DNA of 64,000 nucleotides from Vampirovibrionaceae bacterium NZW_1234 (GTDB lineage Bacteria; Cyanobacteriota; Vampirovibrionia; Vampirovibrionales; JAGQHJ01): NCBI GenBank assembly GCA_041697335.1, contig JBGUGD010000001.1, positions 32,001 to 96,000 of the forward strand, read 5' to 3'. Shown piece by piece: positions 58,219 to 64,000 of this stretch (position 1 is its first letter; each line of letters starts with the position of its first letter). The notes under the pieces were generated by a model. It saw only the letters and a program-made list of their open reading frames with translations, ran no database searches and was not told where the DNA came from. The position numbers and the translations under genes were made by a program.

Positions 58219-59451
58219 ATGCAAGTTGATAAACGCGTGTTTTGGATTATCTTTTTTGTGGTTTTTATTGATCTCATTGGCTTTGGTATTGTGTTTCCCC
58301 TACTCCCTCTGTATACCCGGCACTTTCAGCTCAATGGGTTTCAGATTGGCTTAATTCTGGGGATCTATTCTTTAATGCAGTTTATCTTTGCTCCCATTCT
58401 GGGGCGATGGTCTGATCGGATTGGACGGCGACCTGTTCTGCTGATTTCCTTGTTAGGTACAGCGGCTTCTTTTTTCCTCCTGGCGTGGGCGAATAGTTTT
58501 TGGTTGTTCTTTTTGGCTCGTGCGCTGGATGGGATTGCCGGAAGTAACCTGTCGACAGCTCAGGCCTATATTGCAGACATTTCTCCCAAGGAACAGAGAA
58601 CTCGCAACATGGGCATGTGGATTGGAGCGGCATTTGGATTAGGGTTCGCATTTGGTCCATTTTTTGGCGGTGCCTTGCATTGGATTGGCTTGCATCTGGT
58701 TCCTTCGTTTGCCTTAGGCTTCCCGTTCTTCGTGGCGGGGATTATTACGTTGCTGAATGCATTAATGGCCTTCTTCCTCTTGCCGGAGTCGTTAAAAGTC
58801 CGAGATTCGGAGCACTTGATTGGGCGTCGTACGTTTTCCTGGTTTACTATTCAAGGGCGCTTGTCAGGTGCGGTGGGTGGGCTTATTGTAACCTATGCCA
58901 GCGTTATTTTTGCCTTTGCCTTAATGGAGGCCACCTACACATGGTTGTCTAAAGATCGGTATGGTTTAACGCCGGCTCAGATTTATGCCATGTTTGGCTA
59001 CCTGGGTATCGTGATGGCCTTTGTTCAAGGTGGACTAGTCCGCCGTTTGGCACCCCGTTTGGGGGACAAAAACCTGGCCCTGCTCGGTGGGTTTTTATTG
59101 ATGATCGGTTTGGCTTCATTGCCTTTTGGTTCCTCTTTACCGTGGTTGATGGTGGCTTCGGGGTTAATGGCGGCTGGTGAAGGCTTTTCCAATACGGCCT
59201 TGATGGCCAGTATTTCGAAAGGATCTCACGAGACCATTCAAGGGGAAACAATGGGGGTTACTCAATCTCTGGCCAGTTTGTCCCGCTTTGGTGGTCCCGT
59301 TCTTGCTGGGTATTTATACCAGCACTACGGTGCGACCTCGCCTTACGTAACCGGGGCTGTCGTTGTTTTGGTCTCTCTGGGGCTTTGTGTCATGGGTTTT
59401 AAACGTCTGGTTGTTCTGGATGACTCTCCAACTAAAGCCTTATCCACATAA
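58219..59451 (+). CDS. MFS transporter, TetA/DHA1-like
   Basis: DLIGFGIVFPLLP, motif A GRWSDRIGRRPVL, AQAYIADIS. Confidence 0.92.
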   Translation: MQVDKRVFWIIFFVVFIDLIGFGIVFPLLPLYTRHFQLNGFQIGLILGIYSLMQFIFAPILGRWSDRIGRRPVLLISLLGTAASFFLLAWANSFWLFFLARALDGIAGSNLSTAQAYIADISPKEQRTRNMGMWIGAAFGLGFAFGPFFGGALHWIGLHLVPSFALGFPFFVAGIITLLNALMAFFLLPESLKVRDSEHLIGRRTFSWFTIQGRLSGAVGGLIVTYASVIFAFALMEATYTWLSKDRYGLTPAQIYAMFGYLGIVMAFVQGGLVRRLAPRLGDKNLALLGGFLLMIGLASLPFGSSLPWLMVASGLMAAGEGFSNTALMASISKGSHETIQGETMGVTQSLASLSRFGGPVLAGYLYQHYGATSPYVTGAVVVLVSLGLCVMGFKRLVVLDDSPTKALST

Positions 59452-59644
59452 CGAGGTCGATACCAGTCTGAGTGTATCAATGCCCTCTTTGTTCAACATC
59501 TTGTTGATGCGAGGAGGGCATTTTGCATTGTTGCCTTACCTCTGACGTCGACTTTGAGTAGGATGTGTTCTGTGGCTTAGCGCTAGGGGCAGAGTATTCA
59601 TCTTGAGAATTGAGATTAATGTGGAGCTTTGTGCGAGAAACGGC

Positions 59645-59677
59645 AAAAAGCCCCCTCTCTTTCGAGAGGGGGCTTTT
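59645..59677. terminator. Bidirectional intrinsic terminator
   Basis: AAAAGCCCCCTCTC-TTTC-GAGAGGGGGCTTTT between convergent genes. Confidence 0.9.
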
Positions 59678-59699
59678 CAAAGGTGTAGGACAATGTGGC

Positions 59700-60515
59700 C
59701 TAGGGTTTGTAGAGTTTGTAGGGGCGGCCAATTGCATCTTTAATTTGATCGTATTTTAACGGGGACTCGCTCAGCAATTTGCTGACACCGGTGGTGATGG
59801 AGCTTTCGTTCAAGTCCTTATGTTTATTCATAATCCACTCGGTAACGTCTTTGCTCCGGAAAGGCTTGCCTGCTTTTACCAATGCATCAATCCCTTCCTG
59901 AATCAAAGGGGTCAATTTACTGGGCTGACGACCTGTACTGGCGGTCTTTTTCACGGCGCTGGCAGAAACTTTTTTGGTTGCTCCTGCTTTGGTTACCGGC
60001 TTTTTAACAGCAGGTTTACTGGCTGCGGGTTTTTTGGCTGCTGTTTTAGTGGCTTTAACTGCTTTTACGGCTTTGGCAGGTTTTGTGTTTTTAGCCGGTT
60101 TGGCAGATTTAGCAGGTTTAGCTGCTTTTACAACAGGCTTTTTCGGTGTTGCTTTTTTCGTAGCGGTTTTAGCAACGGCTTTTTTTGCAGTTGCTTTAGT
60201 CACGGGTTTCTTTGCAGCAGTTTTTTTGGTCACGGTTTTTTTGGCAGCAGCTTTAGCAACCGGTTTTTTTGCTGCAGGCTTTTTGGCAGCCGTTTTTTTA
60301 GTAGCAGACTTGGGGGTAGTTGTTTTCTTGGTGGAAGCTTTCTTAGCCGGGGTGGCTACAGCAGCCGATGCTTTTCGGGTCGTTGTGGTGGATGCTTTTT
60401 CTGAAGCACCAGTTTGTTTGCGAGCTTTGGAGAGAGCTTGTTCCAATCGGACGTTTTCTAGAAAACGAGCTAATTCTTCATCCGTATCGCACGTCACGGA
60501 AAATGTAATGGGCAT
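59700..60515 (-). CDS. Histone H1-like Lys/Ala/Thr-rich DNA-binding protein
   Basis: Long run of (T/P)AAKK/KPAK repeats between a short N-domain and a C-terminal HTH-like domain; AAGGAG RBS. Confidence 0.8.
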   Translation of the reverse strand: MPITFSVTCDTDEELARFLENVRLEQALSKARKQTGASEKASTTTTRKASAAVATPAKKASTKKTTTPKSATKKTAAKKPAAKKPVAKAAAKKTVTKKTAAKKPVTKATAKKAVAKTATKKATPKKPVVKAAKPAKSAKPAKNTKPAKAVKAVKATKTAAKKPAASKPAVKKPVTKAGATKKVSASAVKKTASTGRQPSKLTPLIQEGIDALVKAGKPFRSKDVTEWIMNKHKDLNESSITTGVSKLLSESPLKYDQIKDAIGRPYKLYKP

Positions 60516-61267
60516 TCGGGAATACTCCTTTCACTCAAGTTCGTTGAGGTTTTTAATCCAAGTTATCCATATTACGTTAGAAATAACATATTTAGAAAAA
60601 ATTGAAAAGCCCTACTATGATTAAATTGGAAATGTTGGGGGACGAGGATTGAAATTGTGTCTCGTTGAATTTCGGCTGTTTGGTCCTCCAGGAATTCGTT
60701 TGGCGGCGATCAACGCAACAGAATGTTCCGTTTAATATTAGTTTGTCAGATTCGTTAGAAACACATCCCTTGAATGTAGGAGTCCTGTAAATTGCAAAGG
60801 CAAATTTGAGATCTGCCGACTTGGACCAAGATGTGTTTAGCGGAGTTATCGGTTTGCACTAGAATGGGCATTTGTGTTTCTTATGACTCACAAGGATGCT
60901 AAGTCCTTGTCTTACAAGGCTTTTTTTCAAGATGAGTTAACTGGATAATGGTCTTGAAGTTTTCTGCAGGCTATCCATTGATGTTTTTGCCTGCGCTATT
61001 TTGCGCGATAAATTGGGGTTCCACTTTTTTGTTGGTGAGAAATTTTTTGGTTTCAAAAATAAGTCAGATGGGTTAGTTTTTGCCACTCCCGGAGGCCATT
61101 TTGTCCTCATATCTGGAAAACCGTGGTATTGCCTTCCAGCCTATATTCGGGTTTAAATGCAGATCTGTAACAGATGAACTCAATCCGGTTATGTTGGTCA
61201 TCTTAGTGTCTTCTCTGGAAATTGCCGGACACGAGCTCTGATAAGTGGTTGAAAGGATAGAGAATCA

Positions 61268-62020
61268 ATGGACATTCAAACTCGTTGGGAAACGATTGAT
61301 GTAGCAGGAAACGCCATGAATGCCTTTATTGCATCCCCGGCCGATGGTGGCTCCTATCCCGGTGTTTTGGTTTTCATGGAAATCTTTGGCGTAAATGAGC
61401 ATATTCAGGATGTAACCCAACGGATTGCCAAAGAAGGCTATGTGGCCATGGCCATTGATTATTATCACCGCGTCGCACCAGGGATTCAGCTTGGCTATTC
61501 GCAAGCCGATATAGAAGAAGGGCGCAAATATAAGGATATGATCAGTCAGGCAGATATGGAGGCCGATGCCCGTGCTGCCATTGACTATTTGAAGGAACTT
61601 CCCAATGTCAGCTCCAAAGATCGGGTTGGAACCGTTGGATTTTGCTTTGGAGGATATGTCGCTTACGTGGTTGCAACATTGCCTGAAGTTGCTGTTACGG
61701 CTTCGTTTTATGGTGCCGGGATTGCGCAGGATATGCCCGGAAAGGAAGAACCGCCTGTTGATAAGTCCGGTGAAATTGAGGGTTATATGCTCTGCTTGTT
61801 TGGTGAGAAAGACGCCTCAATTCCGCAGGAAGATATTCAAATGATTGAGAGTTCTCTTGAGCGTGGTCGGGTGAGTCATAAAATCATTGTTTACCCGGAT
61901 GCCGATCATGGGTTCTTCTGTGATAAACGCGGCAGTTATCATCCCGAGTCTGCCCTGGATGCATGGTCTGAATTATTACAAGCGTTTCAATCTCAGCTTA
62001 AAGGAGCTGCGGTCCGTTAA
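61268..62020 (+). CDS. Dienelactone hydrolase family protein
   Basis: MEIFGVNEHI, GFCFGG nucleophile, FGEKD, YPDADHGFFCD. Confidence 0.93.
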   Translation: MDIQTRWETIDVAGNAMNAFIASPADGGSYPGVLVFMEIFGVNEHIQDVTQRIAKEGYVAMAIDYYHRVAPGIQLGYSQADIEEGRKYKDMISQADMEADARAAIDYLKELPNVSSKDRVGTVGFCFGGYVAYVVATLPEVAVTASFYGAGIAQDMPGKEEPPVDKSGEIEGYMLCLFGEKDASIPQEDIQMIESSLERGRVSHKIIVYPDADHGFFCDKRGSYHPESALDAWSELLQAFQSQLKGAAVR

Positions 62021-62050
62021 ATTTAGAAACGGCCTGGTTTCTATTAGACC

Positions 62051-64000
62051 TTAAACACCCTCTTTTGCCCGGATGGCGGAAGGGGGTGTTTGCATGGTGG
62101 GAGAGGCTGCAATTTTTTGAATGGCAGGTAAGGAGACATAAAATCGGGTTTCTTTGTCCGGCTCACTTTCGGCCCAAATTTTACCGCCATGTAATTCGAC
62201 AATCCGTTTGGCGATGTAGAGACCCAGGCCCGAGCCAATTTGTTTGAACTTTCGGGAAAGCGAGTAATATTTGTCAAAAATATGTGGAAGCTCTTGCGGT
62301 CCGATGCCTTTACCCAGATTGCTGATGCAGACTGTTACGGCCTCCTCCTGATCGGCTTGGTGGATATAGAGATGAAGGGTGCTTTGACGTAATGCGTAGT
62401 TCAGGGCATTGGATAAAATGTTATGAAATACCCGCTTCATCTGAATCGGGTCAACAGAGACCTCGGGCAGGTTCAAGGCGGCATGAAATTCCAGCGAGAG
62501 CTGGCGCTTCTCAAGCAAGGGCTGAAGGGAGTCAATCACGTCTTTTAAGAGCAGTTGCAGGTTCATGGGCTGTTTGTACATGGCAAGGTGAGACGACTCC
62601 AGCTTATAAAAGAGGAGCGTTGCATTGACCATGTCCAGCAGATCTTTCACACTGTCGCTGGCACCCATCAAGAGTTTTTGCTGGTCAGAAGTAATGGTTC
62701 CCGCCTTGCCATTGATCAACGAACTTAAGACCAACTCCTGGGCCAGCAGTGGTGTTTTCAGATCATGGGTCAATGTTGCAATGTGGCTTTCCTTTACCCG
62801 CTCCAGTTCTTTGCGAGTGGAAATATCGCCCAGAACACAAATAAATCCGCGTTGCTCCTGAACACCATCTCGCTCGGCCTTATCGGCCTTGAGCCGGGAG
62901 GCATTGAGACGCAAGGTTCGATTAATGCCGCTCTGATTGTGTGTGATCTCGGTTTCCAGAGACTCGGGCAATTCTCCCTCGAACTGATCGCTGGTGCATA
63001 ACAAGAAGGACAATTCTCGGCATTTTGCCATGTGAGGGCATTGACAGGAGAAGAGATCGAAGAAGGTTTTCTTCGAAAGGGCTTCGGCACTCAAGCCACT
63101 CCATTCTTTAATAGGCGGGTTTGTCAGTTGTAATTCCAGGTTGTCTCCTAACATTAAAATTCCGTCGGGAGAGGCATGGAACATGGTTTCAAATTGGTGT
63201 TGGGCTTCACTGAGATTGCGTTTATACCGCTTGGCTCCGTTGATGAGCATTTGGGTCAGAATCAGAATCAGGAGGCCACCAAACCAGAGGGCCAATCGCT
63301 GGTTCAGGAGTAAGTCGCGAAGCCCGTGTCTGGGTTCAACGGTAAGATGCCAAGGCTGGTTTGTAACCAAAAAAGTTAATTGGGCTGCCGGCTTTTGTTT
63401 TTCACGAACACTTGGGGCAGTTTTTTGAAGTACGCGTCCCGCAGGATCGGACAGGTGAATGGTACGCTGGTTTGCCATGCTTTCTTTTTGCAGAGGATTC
63501 CACAGCACTTGCATCGCAATGTCACCGACAGCATAACCGATAAATTCCGAGTTGTTTCGGTAAATGGGGATGATGGCCAGCACACTGTCCTCATCGCCCA
63601 TGAAATTGAGAAGGCCGGATGTGAAAGGTTGGCGGGTCTGTCTAGCTTGACTGAACAGGGACGCGTAGACAGGTGCTTTATCAAGGTGTGTGTTCACCAG
63701 TTGGGCATTCTTGGGGGTATAGGGATAGATGCGGGTCAGGGTTAAGTTCGGGCTGACATAAAACAGCCGTCGGAACCCATGCAGGTTGGCAGTAATCGAT
63801 TGCCCATACTGTTGAAAATCATACTGGCTGATGTCCACGAAATTCTGATAAATGACGTTCAAGGCAATCAGTGCGGTTACATGCGCTTCCATGGAAGATT
63901 GCAGGCGGGACTGAAAATGCTGAGCCACGAGGCTGTGTTGGTACTTCTCTTCCCGCTGGGTATTTTGGACCAGAAGCAGGTCGATACCGCCCAGGAGGAG
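62051..64000 (-). CDS. Sensor histidine kinase (extracytoplasmic sensor, PAS, HisKA, HATPase), 5' end outside window
   Basis: H-box LTHDLKTPL, N-box NILSNALNY, GSGLGLYI; frame stays open to 64000. Confidence 0.92.
   Translation of the reverse strand, partial: LLLGGIDLLLVQNTQREEKYQHSLVAQHFQSRLQSSMEAHVTALIALNVIYQNFVDISQYDFQQYGQSITANLHGFRRLFYVSPNLTLTRIYPYTPKNAQLVNTHLDKAPVYASLFSQARQTRQPFTSGLLNFMGDEDSVLAIIPIYRNNSEFIGYAVGDIAMQVLWNPLQKESMANQRTIHLSDPAGRVLQKTAPSVREKQKPAAQLTFLVTNQPWHLTVEPRHGLRDLLLNQRLALWFGGLLILILTQMLINGAKRYKRNLSEAQHQFETMFHASPDGILMLGDNLELQLTNPPIKEWSGLSAEALSKKTFFDLFSCQCPHMAKCRELSFLLCTSDQFEGELPESLETEITHNQSGINRTLRLNASRLKADKAERDGVQEQRGFICVLGDISTRKELERVKESHIATLTHDLKTPLLAQELVLSSLINGKAGTITSDQQKLLMGASDSVKDLLDMVNATLLFYKLESSHLAMYKQPMNLQLLLKDVIDSLQPLLEKRQLSLEFHAALNLPEVSVDPIQMKRVFHNILSNALNYALRQSTLHLYIHQADQEEAVTVCISNLGKGIGPQELPHIFDKYYSLSRKFKQIGSGLGLYIAKRIVELHGGKIWAESEPDKETRFYVSLPAIQKIAASPTMQTPPSAIRAKEGV

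Noticed and set aside
59820..60624. Hydrophobic or Phe/Cys-rich + strand ORFs resembling membrane proteins
   Set aside because: Reverse-complement artefact of the Lys/Ala repeats of the H1-like gene

Overview
Bacterial chromosomal window. Cyanobacteria-like housekeeping genes (TMEM14-yggS-sepF-crcB, mtnP-yggT, ppc, rel, thyX, rimM-trmD) occur with type III export-gate genes (fliM/N-fliO-fliP-fliQ-fliR) and no photosynthesis genes. This suggests a non-photosynthetic cyanobacterial relative (Vampirovibrionia/Melainabacteria, Vampirovibrio-like); that placement is an inference. I found no rRNA, tRNA, CRISPR array or transposase. Main signals: (1) a four-gene operon at 16.5-24.4 kb encoding a TPM-TM-helical repeat protein with a PPxY/extensin-like tail, a membrane-anchored PspA/Vipp1 (ESCRT-III)-like protein, a single-ring Clp-type AAA+ ATPase and a soluble PspA/Vipp1-like protein, flanked divergently by two prolyl 4-hydroxylases and a HEAT-subtilisin; (2) about ten unrelated accessory proteins, including all four operon members, sharing a low-complexity N-terminal leader ending in [ILVP]-[RQ]-F-G, a candidate export or targeting signal; (3) a 1078-aa sigma-70-like protein with a long array of region-4 HTH repeats; (4) several candidate small RNAs, two with CU-rich segments complementary to gene leaders in this window. 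All family calls are by motif recognition, not database search.
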